This document shows positions 13,630-28,410 of a stretch of 64,000 nt of DNA, one piece after another (position 1 is the stretch's first letter; each line of letters opens with the position of its first letter). The position numbers and the translations under genes were made by a program. The stretch covers positions 77,872,001 to 77,936,000 of the forward strand of contig OX597830.1 in NCBI GenBank assembly GCA_951406725.2, read 5' to 3'. The notes below the pieces were generated by a model. The model made no database searches. It was not told the DNA's origin and saw nothing but the letters and a program-made list of their open reading frames with translations. Source of the DNA: Octopus vulgaris (taxonomy: Eukaryota).

Positions 13630-15750
13630 TGTGGGTCTTAGAACAGTTCAACATCAGTCCGGCTAGCTTGTCCCCTTTCGTCTCTCTTGTATGTACTGAC
13701 TCTCGAGCCATTGTTACACAAACTGAGAAGCATCCCCCGTGTCCTACGATGTGGGAGATGCGTGTTGGTATATGCCGACGACGCCAACGTAGTGGTGTTG
13801 GATCATAAACACATAGAAATGATTGGTACCGCCCTCAGGGATTACGAGGCGGTTTCAGAAGTGACAATTAACCAGGAAAAGTCAGTGAGTTCACGGCTCG
13901 GGACCTGGAGAAGCAAATCCATGCCGTCCAACTGCGTCGTTGAGCACTGGACGGACAGATCGGTTAAAATGCTTGGGGTTTGGTTCGGTTCGGGCCTCCA
14001 GGTGGGCAAAAACTGGGAAGAGTTAACGAGCAGGGTAACAACTCTCACCTAGGAATGGGCCGAGAGAAAGCTATCCCTGAAAGGTCGAACAGAGGTGGCT
14101 TACGCGTATATCACGTCCGTCATCTGCTATCGCTTGACTATCGTGCCTTGTCCTGGCCACCGCCTGATTACACTGGAACATATACTCTCCCGCTTCTTGT
14201 AGAAGGGACTCGTCCCGATGGTCAGATGGTCTATCTGCTGCCAAGCCCCGCTGCGTGGCGACTTGGACATGCCGTGGTTGATGATGCATAGACATGCGAT
14301 GAGGCTACGATATTTCCAGTGCTTCCTTAACGGTGAAAAGGTGTGGCGCCGTCCGCCAGACACGTATTTCCACAGCTAATTTCTTTAACAGGGCTGCAGT
14401 CCTGGATGAAGCAGAGACCGAGGGGAGCATTTGGAAAGTGGAATGTATTCAAGCCCTCACAAACCTCAGCCAAACGGACGGTGCGGTAGGTGGGACGTCC
14501 ACTTCAGATTTTTTATAATGAATTAGTGGAGGAAAAGTGCGACAAAGATTTTGGGGAGACATTTGGCGTCGAAGATCAGCTAGTCGCTCTTTTAGAATTT
14601 TCAGGCCGGGACCGATGGATATATTCCCAAGTTCCCTGGCCTGGCAGTATTACCGGGGAGCTTTGTTTGTTCGAGACAAACTTTACAGGCATGGAAGTAC
14701 CGTCAGCCGAACATGTCCGAGATGCGCGCAGGACGACGCGACGCTCCTGCATGCACTCGTCCAGTGCCAGAACATTGCTGACCTGTAGATCTATGTCGAA
14801 CACCGGCTGTCGACTGAATCCATCGTGAAGATCGCCCCGCCACCTTCCTTTAACCGGGAAGGAAAAGCTGGTTTTATATGCCTGGTAGCCATGGCGAAGG
14901 AGGTTGTGTGGTGGACGAGATTGAAAGGGCTGAAGACAAACACTTTTCTCTTTGGCCAATCCCTGATGAACTTCTTCAAGTTTCACTTGAAAAGGAAAGT
15001 AAGGGTATTGTAAAAGAGGGAAGTATTGTATTCTTGCCACTTTTGCTGAAAGATGGATGATAGTGGCGAGAATGGTGCGAGTGAACCGACTTGACCGACC
15101 ATACACTTGTAGTTGGAAAAAAGGAAGGAAAAAGTCAAGGTACCCATGTTTTTTTTTCTTTTTTCTGGAGTCTTTCCATAAGCAGTCCTCGAATGTCTGC
15201 CTATTAAGGATTACATATAGTTGATTTCTTTTTCTCTTTCTTTCTATATTTTTTTTATTTTGTTATTCTTGTTTACACACAAAACACTCACAACAGCACA
15301 CACTCACACACATACACAGACACATTCATTGTTTTGTCCTCTGCCTTTTAGTCGAGCAAATCGACCCCAGGAGCTTATTCTTTCTAAGCCCAGTACTTAT
15401 TCTATTGGTCTCTTTTGCCGAACCGCTAAGTTACGGGGACGTAAACACATCAATATCGGTTGTCAAGCAATGCTAGGGGGACAAACACCGACACACACAC
15501 ACACGCGCGCATTTATATATACATATATACGATGGGCTTCTTTTCAGTTTCCGTCTACCAAATCCACTCACAAGGCTTTGGTCGGCCCGAGGCTATAGTA
15601 GAAGACACTTGCCCAAGGTGCCACGCAGTGGGACTGAACCCGGAACCATGTGGTTGATAAGCAAACTACTTACCACACACATTCATTGTTTTGTCCTCTG
15701 CTGTCCATAATATTTTTTCTTAATGCAAGCCCTTGTGGTTAATAAAGAAA
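13630..15750 (+). mobile_element. Degenerate L1/Tx1-clade LINE (RT YADD through CCHC finger and 3' UTR)
   Basis: LEPLLHKL...VYADD...INQEKS...MLGVWFG and CPRCAQDDATLLHALVQC with stops and frameshifts; ends aataaagaaa then (ATC)n/(ATT)n. Confidence 0.88.
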
Positions 15751-15765
15751 TCATCATCATCATTT

Positions 15766-15858
<93 letters not shown>

Positions 15859-16101
15859 GTGAAAAGGTTGTCTAGTTAACTAATTAATAAATCAAGTACC
15901 CCGTCGAGTGCTCGATAAATCCATCAATCGATAAATCGGTTTGTCAGTCCTTTTTGCCGCCCTTTCATGACCTCATCAAAGGTGTACTCTGGCTGATCCA
16001 GTTCTGACCTTATTAAGCTAAATATATATATAAAAAAAACAATAAATGTAAATCTGCTTGTGTGTGTGTTTGTGTAGATAGATATATATATATATATATA
16101 T

Positions 16102-16151
<50 letters not shown>

Positions 16152-16162
16152 GATAGATAGAT

Positions 16163-16871
<709 letters not shown>

Positions 16872-17075
16872 TGCATTACCTGAACGCACCCTCTCATTCA
16901 CATACACACGTAGAACATATAAGATGGCGAGATACACCGCCCTAGATATAGACGAACACTCATAAAACAATATTAAATGTATATGCTTGTCTATGTATAT
17001 TTGTAAATATATATATTATATATGTGTGTGTATATTCGTATGTATATGAACATAAATATTTTATATGAGAATATA

Positions 17076-17142
<67 letters not shown>

Positions 17143-17958
17143 TGGCGGTGCCCCAGCATGGTCACAGCTCATGACCTGAAACTAGAATCAATCAATCAAT
17201 CATATATATATATATATATGCGCACACATACATACATAGTATGTGTCTTAGTATGTGTAAAGCCATAAGCGTACAAACATCACATTCAATCAACGATGCA
17301 TACGCATACACTAACACACACACACACACACACACATACGTATTTCAACAACGAAGTGCATCGTAGGCTCATTATAAGCTAAAGGTCTGTTTCTTAATTA
17401 TGTTAACTAATCAATCATTAACATTAAAATAATACAATTGAATTAATTTCGATTCATTACACACGACATGCACAAACATTACACACACGCACACACACAC
17501 ACATACAGACACAAAAAGAACAAGCGTTTAACGAAGTGAAGCCTTTATGAATTACCTCCCTTAACAGATTCTCCTTCCATTCACAGCAAACATAAATACC
17601 GTGATGACCTAAGCCACGCCTTATTCTGTTCTCTGTATTATTTATTTGTAACCTAGATTTCTGATTGGCTAAGATATATTCGACCAATGAAATGGTGAGG
17701 CTGTAGAATGCTGTGAAATTTACGAATTTGTTCAAAATAGTCTTGGAACATTATTTACTCTTTTACTTGTTTCAGTCATTTGACTGCGGCCATGCTGGAG
17801 CACCGCCTTTTAGTCGAGCAAATCGACTCCAGGACTTATTCTTTGTAAGCCTAGTACTTATTCTATCAGTGTCTTTTGCCGAACCGCTAAGTTACGGGGA
17901 CGTAAACACAGCAGTATCGGTCGTCAAGTGATGTTGGGGGACAAACACCGACACACAA

Positions 17959-18009
<51 letters not shown>

Positions 18010-18185
18010 CGACGGGCTTCTTTCAGTTTCCGTTTACCAAATGCACTCACAAGGCTTTGGTCGGGCCGAGGCTATAGTAGAAGACACTTGTCCAAGGTGC
18101 CACGCAGTGGGACTGAACCCAGAACCATGTGGTTGGTAAGCAAACTACTTACCACACGGCCACTTCTACGCCTGTTTATTAATAA

Positions 18186-18568
18186 CTAGCAGTGTCGCCC
18201 GGCGTTGCTCGGGTTTGTAAGGGAAATAACGATATAAGCATTTTTAGAGAGTTATAGCCAAAAAATAGCAAAAAATGCATTAAAAATGGAAAAAAAATGA
18301 TGGTAATTTTTTTTTTAAATCGTTGACTCATCGTAGACATTTTTAGAGAGTTACTTCCCTTATATAATAGCGAAAAAATGCATTAAAATGGAAAAAAAAT
18401 GATGGTAAATTTTTTTTTAAATCGTAGACTCATCGTAGACGCGCAAATACCCAGAAGGGCTCGATATGAATCACGACTTTTTGGTTAAACTGCACCGCAA
18501 AATATGGGAGTAGTTAGGAATCTAAATCGTAGGAGACAGACACACAACCTCTCTTTTATATATAAAGA
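18186..18568 (-). mobile_element. Non-autonomous Helitron
   Basis: The minus strand starts TCTTTATATATAAAA and ends CCCGAGCAACGCCGGG (hairpin) followed by cgacactg-CTAG; inserted between A and T with no TSD; internal ~100-bp tandem duplication. Confidence 0.82.
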
Positions 18569-19232
18569 TTTCTCAATTAATTCTGTGCTTCAGTTACGAT
18601 ATTAGAATTATACTGACGTGTGTGTGAGAGTAAGGGGTGGTTACATGTATTGTTTGACTATATGGACCAAACCTAAAACACGCGATAAAATTATACGATT
18701 AAATAAGAGTTAATACGTTTATATTTCTTGTGTGTGCGTGAGTGTGTTCTGTTTGTCTGTGGGTATATGAGAAAATTCATATACGCGCGGTTGTGTGGTA
18801 AGAAGCTTGCTTCCCAACTACATGGTTCCGGGTTCAGTCCCACTGCGTGACACCATGGGTAAGTGTCTTCTGCTATAGCCTCGGACTAACCAAAGCCTTG
18901 ATTTATATATATATATATATGGATGGAAGCACTCCGTCGGTTACGACGATGAGGGTTCCGGTTGATCCGATCAACGGAACAGCCTGCTCGTGATATTAAC
19001 GTGCAAGTGGCTGAGCACTCCACAGACACGTGTACCCTTAACGTAGTTCTCGGGGATATTCAGCGTGACACAGGTACAACAGAAACAGGAAGTAAGAGTG
19101 AGAGTAAGTTGAGGTGAAAGAGTACAGCAGGGATCACCACCATCCCCTGCCGGAGCCTCGTGGAGCTTTAGGTGTTTTCGTTCAATAAACACTCACAACG
19201 CCCGGTCTGGGAATCGAAATCGCGATCCTACG

Positions 19233-19315
<83 letters not shown>

Positions 19316-19593
19316 CATGTATGTATGTATATTTGTGTGTTGGTTGTCTTTGTTTGTCACCCCCTCCCAGCAACCGATGCTGGGGTGTTTAGGTCTCCGT
19401 AACTCAGCGGTTCCGCAAATGAGACCGATAGAGTAAGAACTAAGCTTACAAACACTAAGTCCTGGGGGCAATTTCTTCGACTGAAAGCCATGCTTCAGTA
19501 TGGCCGGAGTGAAATGACACTAGTAAAACAATATGATTGATTGATTGATTGATTCTAGTTTCAGCACACGAGCTGTGGCCATGCTGGGGCACC

Positions 19594-19645
<52 letters not shown>

Positions 19646-19685
19646 AGTTATACGTTCTTGTCCATGTTGTAATTTTCTACATACC

Positions 19686-19732
<47 letters not shown>

Positions 19733-19739
<7 letters not shown>

Positions 19740-19906
19740 GGTTGTATACTGTCAACTTAACTTGACGATAGGGGATTACAGCACCGCTGTTTAGCCCTAG
19801 GAAACATCGACGCTTCCTGTCAGCTACGTCGATGTTTCCTAGGGTTAAACAGCGGTGGTATAATCCCCTACTGTCACGTTAAGTTGACAGTAAACAACCA
19901 TTATAT
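19733..19906. repeat. Foldback hairpin, ~80-bp arms and 14-nt loop
   Basis: aatggttgtatactgtcaacttaac...ggaaacatcgacg / cgtcgatgtttcc...gttaagttgacagtaaacaaccatt, with few mismatches. Confidence 0.9.
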
Positions 19907-19946
19907 CGCCCCACCACCGTACATATCTCTATGAGATATTTAGAAA

Positions 19947-20028
<82 letters not shown>

Positions 20029-20285
20029 GACATGTTTCCTTCAGTTTCCACCTACGACTTTGGTCGGCCCGAAGCTACAGCAGAAGACATTAGCTTAAAT
20101 TGCCACGCAGTGGGAAAACCCCCAGAACCATGTGGTTGATAAGCAAGCTACTTACTATACAGCCACTCCATATATATTTCCTCCCCGACATCCGAAACTC
20201 GGAGTCTTATAATGGCAACCGAATAATTATATATATATATGTATGTATGTATGTATAGATAGATAGACAGATAGATAGATAGATC

Positions 20286-20339
<54 letters not shown>

Positions 20340-20376
20340 CAGAAAGATAGATGGATAGATAGATAGGTAGATAGAT

Positions 20377-21981
20377 ATGTTTCTTTATTAGCCACACAGG
20401 GCTGCACACAGATAGAACAAATTACAAGGTAGAGCTTTTCTTTTGAAGGTTTAAAAAAAATAAAAAAAAATAAAAAAAAAAGGAAGGGGAGTTTCGATCA
20501 AAAGGGATCGTAAAAGGAGAGAAAGAGGACAAAAAAAGGGGGTTAAAAAAAAAGGGGGAGAGGAAAAAAAATTGATCAATAGGGATCGTTATCACAGAAA
20601 TGTCAATATGAAGTGTAAAGGGAGGACAGGTGAGGTTTACCCGTGGAAAGAAAAGCCTACGGAAAAGACCACGGTAACCTCGGTCAATGAAGTCACATTT
20701 TATATTTCTTTTTTTTTTTTTTTTTTTTTTTGCAAATAAGCAACTCTCTGTTTTCGATTTCTGGGTTCATAGGACTATGCTCAAGGTGGCTTCGTCATTC
20801 ATACGTGCCATTCTTGCTACATTCACCCATCTTTTTTTAAAACATTCGCTAGACAAAACTTGCCTCTCTACTCTCACTTTCCTTTTCAAGTGGTACTTGA
20901 AGAAGTTGATGAGAGATTGACCAGAGAGGAAAGTGTTTGTCTCCAATCCTTTCAGACGCGTCCACCAGATACATTCTTTCGCCATAGCCACAAGGATGAT
21001 GAAAATAGCTCTTCCTTCCCGTTTGAAGGAAGGAGGCGTGACAATATTGACGATAGACTCAGCTGATAAACCGACTCGTCCCACACGTGACAGCAGTTGT
21101 TCGACACAAGCCCACAGGTCGGAAATTGTTGGGCACTGAACGAGTGCGTGCAGAACGGTTTCGTCGCTCTGACCGCATCTCGGGCAGGTCGGCCCCGTGT
21201 TTCTCGAGCCGTGTCTGTAGAGCTTATCCCGAACGGGTAGCGCTTCTCGGTAGCACTGCCAGGCCAGGGATCTCTGGAAGTTGTCCATGGGCCCTGGCCC
21301 GAAGGTCGTCCTGAACAGGCGGGTCAGGTACTCCTCGTCGACGTCCAGGTTCGCCCCGAGCTCGTCGTCGTACCTCCCCTCCACTAAACCCCTATAGAAT
21401 GCTTTGGTTGTGTTGAAGTCACTTAAGGTCGACCCAGGACGGCAGAGTTGCTTGAGAGCAACGCGACACTCGCGGTGCCATTCGCCCTTCCTCGGCCTCT
21501 TTTTGATCCACGACTGCAGTTCGGTCATGGAGACGAGCTGCGGGAAAGCGTGCCTCACAAACGGCGACCACACCTGTTCACCGTCGTCTACATAGAGCCA
21601 GAGATGCCGCAGTCTCAGCGCGTGTCTGCGCATCATCAACCACGGCATGCCCAGCCCTCCTTTTAACGGGTGTTGACAGCAAATGGATCGCCTGACCATC
21701 AGGACGCATCCTTTCCACAAGAAGCGAAAGAGGATGCGTTGTAGTTTGGTGATGGTAGGGTCGGGACAAGGTACGACGGTCAGGCGGTAGTAGATGACGG
21801 ACGCGATGTACGTGTTCGCCACCTCCGCTCGACCTTTTAGGGACAGTTTCCTCTCGGCCCATTGCCGGGCGAGAGTGACCACCCTACTCGTTATCTCGTT
21901 CCAGTTCTTCTCCACTTGGAGGTCCGGACCAAACCAGACCCCGAGCAACTCAACCGGGCCGTCGGTCCAGCGTCCCACGAT
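20377..21981 (-). mobile_element. 5'-truncated L1/Tx1-clade LINE (intact ORF2 C-terminus plus 3' UTR) inserted in (TAGA)n
   Basis: The ORF has LLGVWFG, WAERKLSLKGRAEVANTYIASVIYY, FRFLW, GGLGMP and the CCHC finger CPRCGQSDETVLHALVQC, with a stop at 20767. AATAAA is followed by (TATC)n on the minus strand. Confidence 0.92.
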
Positions 21982-21984
21982 AGG

Positions 21985-22041
<57 letters not shown>

Positions 22042-22280
22042 TGATTGATATTTATATTTATATAGGTATTCATTTATTCTTTTCCTTGTTTCTGTCATTT
22101 GACTGCTGCCATCCTGGAGCAGCTTGAAAGATTTTAGTCGAACAAATCTACTCCAGGACTTCTTATTCGTTGTAAGCCTGGTGCTTATTCTATCAGTGCC
22201 TTTTGCCGAACCGCTATGTTATGGAGACACACCAACATCGGTTCTCAAGTGATAGTGGAGGGTCACACACACTCACATCA

Positions 22281-22311
<31 letters not shown>

Positions 22312-22460
22312 CATTTTCCGTCTACCAAATCCATTCACAAGGGTTTGGCTGGCCCAAGGCTGTAGAATACACTTGACACGCAGAGGGATTGAACCCGGAA
22401 TCATGTGTTTGGGAAGCAAGCTTCCTACCACACAGCTACGCCTGCGCCTATACTGTGTGT

Positions 22461-22583
<123 letters not shown>

Positions 22584-22904
22584 CATACACATACATACAC
22601 ATGTGTGTGTGTGTGTGGGGGGGGGGTAATGTCACTTCTTTTACACTTTCAAGGTTTGGACAGCGGCCATGTTGAGAATCAAACTTCAAGGGATTTACTC
22701 AAAACACTAAATTCAGAATTCTACAGAATTATTGGCACGGTGCCTATCCGTGTCAAGAATACTTCCAATACAAACAATTGGGAAATCTCCAAGACTCATT
22801 ATTTTCTTTTTTTGTGTGTGTGTTTTTGTTTTGCTTTTTTTTTTCTATTTCATATATATTTCTATATTCTTTACATTATATAATTATATATCTGCATTCA
22901 CTTT

Positions 22905-22911
22905 CCTACTT

Positions 22912-22968
<57 letters not shown>

Positions 22969-22989
22969 GTAATACCGCTGTTGCTGCTG

Positions 22990-23043
<54 letters not shown>

Positions 23044-23251
23044 GTAATACCGCTGTTGCTGCTGCTGCTGCTACTACTACTACTACTACTACTACTGCAA
23101 CTACTACTACTACTGCTGCTGCTACTACTACTATTACTACTGCTGCTGCTACTGTTACTACTACTACTACTGCTGATACTACTACTACTACTACTGCTAC
23201 TACTACTACAACTACTACTGGTGCTGCTGTTGCTGCTGCTATTACTGCTAT

Positions 23252-23316
<65 letters not shown>

Positions 23317-23345
23317 TATCTTGTTAGGTTGTTGCTGTTGTTCTT
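22905..23345. repeat. (CTA)n/(CTG)n trinucleotide array
   Basis: Directly visible; source of the poly-Leu pseudo-ORF. Confidence 0.95.
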
Positions 23346-23861
23346 ATTGACATAAGGGCAGCGTTTACATGATCTCCAGGTTCATCATAAGCGATGAGCA
23401 ACAAGTGATTACACACGCACGCGCGCACACAAAGCCATACATACATACACTTACAAACTCATATACACATACATATACACACACACACACACACACACCA
23501 TACAAAAATCACAGGCTTGCATAAATATATACATACTGACGGACGCATATTGCCACGTATATGCTCGTCGATATTAATTCTGTATATATTTGTCTGTATA
23601 TACTTTCGCATGTATATATATCTTCATACATATGTAAGTATAGATGTATATGTCGATGTATATGTATGTATGCATATGTGTGCATATTAGATATATGTGT
23701 ATACGTACACACTCACACATATACTGTACATGTATGTTTGTGTATATGTTTGTGTATGTATTTATATGCGTGTATATAAACACTGTAGATAAATAGAGTG
23801 ACTGAACGTGTGTATATAGTGTTCTGAATCATCCATCGTATAAGCAACAGGGCCGTTACAT

Positions 23862-23923
<62 letters not shown>

Positions 23924-24179
23924 TATACACGCACACACATACATACATACACTCACACACATACACAGACACGCAAATGAACCTACACATACCTCCCACA
24001 CGTACACAAAACACACACACATACATACTTCAAACTACCAGGTAAACACCTTTCTACTGACCATTTTCCTACGCACATATAAAGGGAGATACATAAAAGA
24101 CAACCACTCTTACCAAAAATTCTTACTATAAATTCTTCCTACGGCAATAATCGACACAAACTCCACACACACACACACA

Positions 24180-25345
24180 TGACAGAAGTAAATAGACACC
24201 GTTATAAGCATTAGATTTTATTTAAATCTGAAATTATACATTTAAATCATTTATTAATTGTTATATTGTGAATATTTAATATTTAGTAGACATGCCCTTT
24301 GCCTTTTTCAATACAAAGACCTTATTAAGTATGTTACTGATAAAATGACGAATATTCACCTGCGGAATTTCTTGCCTAGTTTCATGCAGTAATCTCAAAA
24401 GATCTGGTTTTGAAGATGCTATCTTGTTCCTTTTATGAAATGTCCTGTCCATCATGTCCCAGAGCTGTTCAATAGGTCTCATATCTGAGGACTGGTTTGG
24501 CCATGGAAGCTTTTTAATGCCATTCTCATCCAACAAATCTTGGGTCATTTTAGTCGTGTGACAAGGAGCCTCATCTTCCATAACTAAAGAGTCTTCTTTA
24601 ATCATTTCACCACTGGAGAAGATTGGAAGGAGTCCTTTTTGCAGTATGGACACGTATTTATGAGTTTATATTTCCCACACACTCCACAAGTTCTTATCAA
24701 CCATTGCTCCAAATTGCACCCCAGGCCATCACAGAATAGCTGCCATGTTTCATTGTTGCCTGCAATTTTTTCATATCAAATTCTTGATCAGTCTCGAGAC
24801 CTATACTGTCAGAAAATATAGTAAATCTCATCAGAGAATATGACAGTGTCCAAAAATGCTAGTGGCCTCTCCACCATTTCACTCGCTTGATCTTTTCTCC
24901 GCTTGATGTTGACTGGTGGCTTCCTTCTTGATGCTCTGTCATTGTAACCAAGTTTGTGGAGATACATGACAGCTGTTCTGGGACTGACATCAACTTGTTC
25001 TGCTATGTCAGAAGCCTTGCAACGAGGATTATCCTCCACACTTCCCTTCACAAATAGAAGGGTCCTGTAAGAGAGCCCTGCTTGGTCTGAACGAGGTAAT
25101 GTGAACTCTTTCCTCTCTCTGATGAATGGCAGAATCACTCTATTAACTGCAGAAAGTGGGAGCCCAATTTTTTCTGCGCTTTTGCGCTATGTCTACCTTC
25201 AGAATGACCCACGATACGGCCTCTTTGAAATTCAGACAGTTCCAAGGCTTCTTTTGTATAATGCATGATTAAAGAGTTACGTATAGAATCTGAAACATGA
25301 AAATGTCGATTACTATAGAATTTAAACCTTTACAAGTTAGAGTAA
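24180..25345 (-). mobile_element. Degenerate Tc1-like transposon
   Basis: VIFSDE, MEDEAPCHT and WPNQSSDMRPIEQLW motifs with frameshifts; boundaries approximate. Confidence 0.82.
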
Positions 25346-26582
25346 ACATAGAACGATGTTTTGTGAGGTGTGTGTGTGTATATATATATATATAAGGCGC
25401 AGGAGTGGCTGTGTGGTAAGTAGCCAACCACATGGTTCCGGGTTCAGTCCCACTGCGTGGCATCTTGGGAAAGTGTCTTCTGCTATAGCCCCGGGCCGAC
25501 CAAAGCCTTGTGAGTGGATTTGGTAGACGGAAACTGAAAGAAGCCTGTCGTATATATGTATATGTATGTGTGTGTGTGCCTGTGTTTGTCCCCCTAGCAT
25601 TGCTTGACAACCGATGCTGGTGTGTTTACGTCCCCATAACTTAGCGGTTCGGCAAAACAGACCGATAGAATAGTACTGGGCTCACAAAGAATAAGTCCCG
25701 GGGTCGATTTGCTCGACTAAAGGCGGTGTAAAAGAGTAAAAGAGTATACATATATATACAAAATAAGATAGGGGTTATGGGTGTAACCCACTATGGGATA
25801 GCTGTAAAAAGTGGTTTTAATGATTTCAATAATTTATATTATGATTTTTATAATTTGTATTCTTATCTTATATGTATTGAATTATAAGATATATATGTAT
25901 GCTATTAAGGTTCTCATTTTGTTAAATGAATAAATAATCCAACATTCTAATATCCGAAAGTTGATGAACAAACTAAATTTGTTTCTCCATTTTCTTATTT
26001 GTATTATATATACATATATATATATATAAGATGCGTTTGCTGAATTTTCTTGAGACACACTCTTTTCTTAGTGGTCAGATCATACGCGGTCTGCATCTAG
26101 CATATTGGATGTCTAATTAGTGGTCATCCCTCTTATATGTATATAATATAATTTTTCTGAATTTTCACATTTTTTTCAATATGCTAGGCTACTAGTTTAA
26201 TTGATATATATATATATATGTATATATGTGTGTGGGTGTGTGGGTGTATTTCTTTACTACCCACTATACACAGAAGGGACCAACAAGGACAGACAAGCGT
26301 AGTATGTCGATTATATCGACCCCAGTGCGTAACTGGTACTTATTTAAATCGACCCTGAAATGATGACAGGCAAAGTCGACCTCGGCGGAATTTGAACTCA
26401 GAACGTAACGGCACATGAAATAACGCTACGCATTTCGCCCGGCGTGCTAACGTTTCTGCCAGCTCGCCGCCTTATTAAACAAATATATATTAATATAGCT
26501 ATGCATGTATGAACGCGTGTATATGTTTATGCATATACATATAAGCGCGTGCGCGTGTACATATATATATATATATATGTAT

Positions 26583-26671
<89 letters not shown>

Positions 26672-26779
26672 AAGTATTAGCAGCAGCAGTAGTAGTAGTA
26701 GTAGTAGTAGTATATTAACATAGAGACGCGTGTATATATGCATGCATCAATGTGTTTGTACATACATAAACATGTATGA

Positions 26780-26817
<38 letters not shown>

Positions 26818-26888
26818 TTGATCTGTATGGATGGATGGATGGACGGATGGGTGGGTGGATGCACAACACATGCGCCTTTCTTTTGTCT

Positions 26889-27096
26889 CTATCAAATGAG
26901 ATGACAGTAAGATGTTATCGCGCCGTTAATAAGAATTTATATTACCCGCCAATCAATAACGACTGATTTGCAGGGAGATAACTGCAGATAACGGACATAG
27001 TTTATTGATCTGATAACACTGTCGAGGCAACGATAGCCTATAACAGTCAGAACAGCGCCCGGCGGGTCATTGATGATGATAACGACCTGGTTATCA
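26889..27096. promoter_or_regulatory. Candidate GATA-site cluster enhancer in the Hox3 intron
   Basis: Six GATAAC words within ~185 bp of unique sequence, plus TGACAG, CCAAT and TTTATTG. Confidence 0.45.
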
Positions 27097-27334
27097 TGGG
27101 AGGAGGGAGGGCGCAGCAGCGGTGGCGGTGATTATGGTGGCTTGTGCATGTATATATATATATATATGAATGCTTATGTTTGTGTGTGCGTGTATGTGTG
27201 TATTATGGTGGTGTGTAGGTGGAGAGGTTAAGCATGTTTTATAAATTCGATTCGATACTATCGCTAGTGTTCTGTTCAATTGAACCCACTTAAAGATTTA
27301 TAGTGATTATACACATATACGTGTGTGCATATAC

Positions 27335-27393
<59 letters not shown>

Positions 27394-27394
27394 C

Positions 27395-27512
<118 letters not shown>

Positions 27513-28370
27513 GCATGCATATATATTTATATATGTACATAAAATGCAGCCTTTTCTTGATTGCTATATATGAGTTGGGCGGAGCATTCATGTTTGTGCA
27601 TTTTAGGTACCGTATAGTCGATTGGTTCAAAAATTCCCTCCACTATCACCAGGTGCCGGTTTCGATCCCACTGCATGACATCTTGAGCAGATGCTATTTT
27701 TATATAGCCTTGGATAGACCCATTCTTTGTCAGTTGAAATTGGGTAGACAGACAATCTCTAATAGAAGCCCGTCACCTGGATTGTACCAGTAATTCACAG
27801 ATACAGCCTTGTTACACGCTGTGTCACGCTGATTTTTACTCGAGAATTATGTTAAACTATCTTAAAAGCCGCCAGATAGGGGCGGCGTTTAAGATAGCTC
27901 CGGTTGAGGGCTCTTCATTAGATCTTCGGCCCAACAATGACGCGTCATGCATTGAGTTAATATTAAAGTTTATTAAACTTGAACAATATTTTTCAAGCAA
28001 TGAACAATTTTCATCAAAACAATGATATAATTTGTCAACCGAGAAGTATTGCAAAGCTGCATGATAACAGCATCACCACCATCGCCACTTCATCTGCCAT
28101 ACACACAGCATTCACACTTCTGAGGCTACCACCATCAATACTTTTGACTTCGTCGCCTTTCCCTCGACCACCACCACCACCACTGTCTTTCACATCGCTT
28201 ACTCTCACCATCATCCCGGACTGCCTCGGCTACCACCACCATCATCACCGCCGCCTCTGCCTCTATGACAATACAGCTCATACTATTAATATCACCCCAT
28301 TACCATCAGTGTTCAGTGTGTTCGTTCAGTATGTTGATTCAGTGTTCAGTCCCTCTTTCTCTCACATACC

Positions 28371-28410
<40 letters not shown>

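Noticed and set aside
21982-22098. Apparent N-terminus of the 443-aa ORF
   Set aside because: Chance read-through of (TATC)n and a SINE tail into a 5'-truncated LINE.
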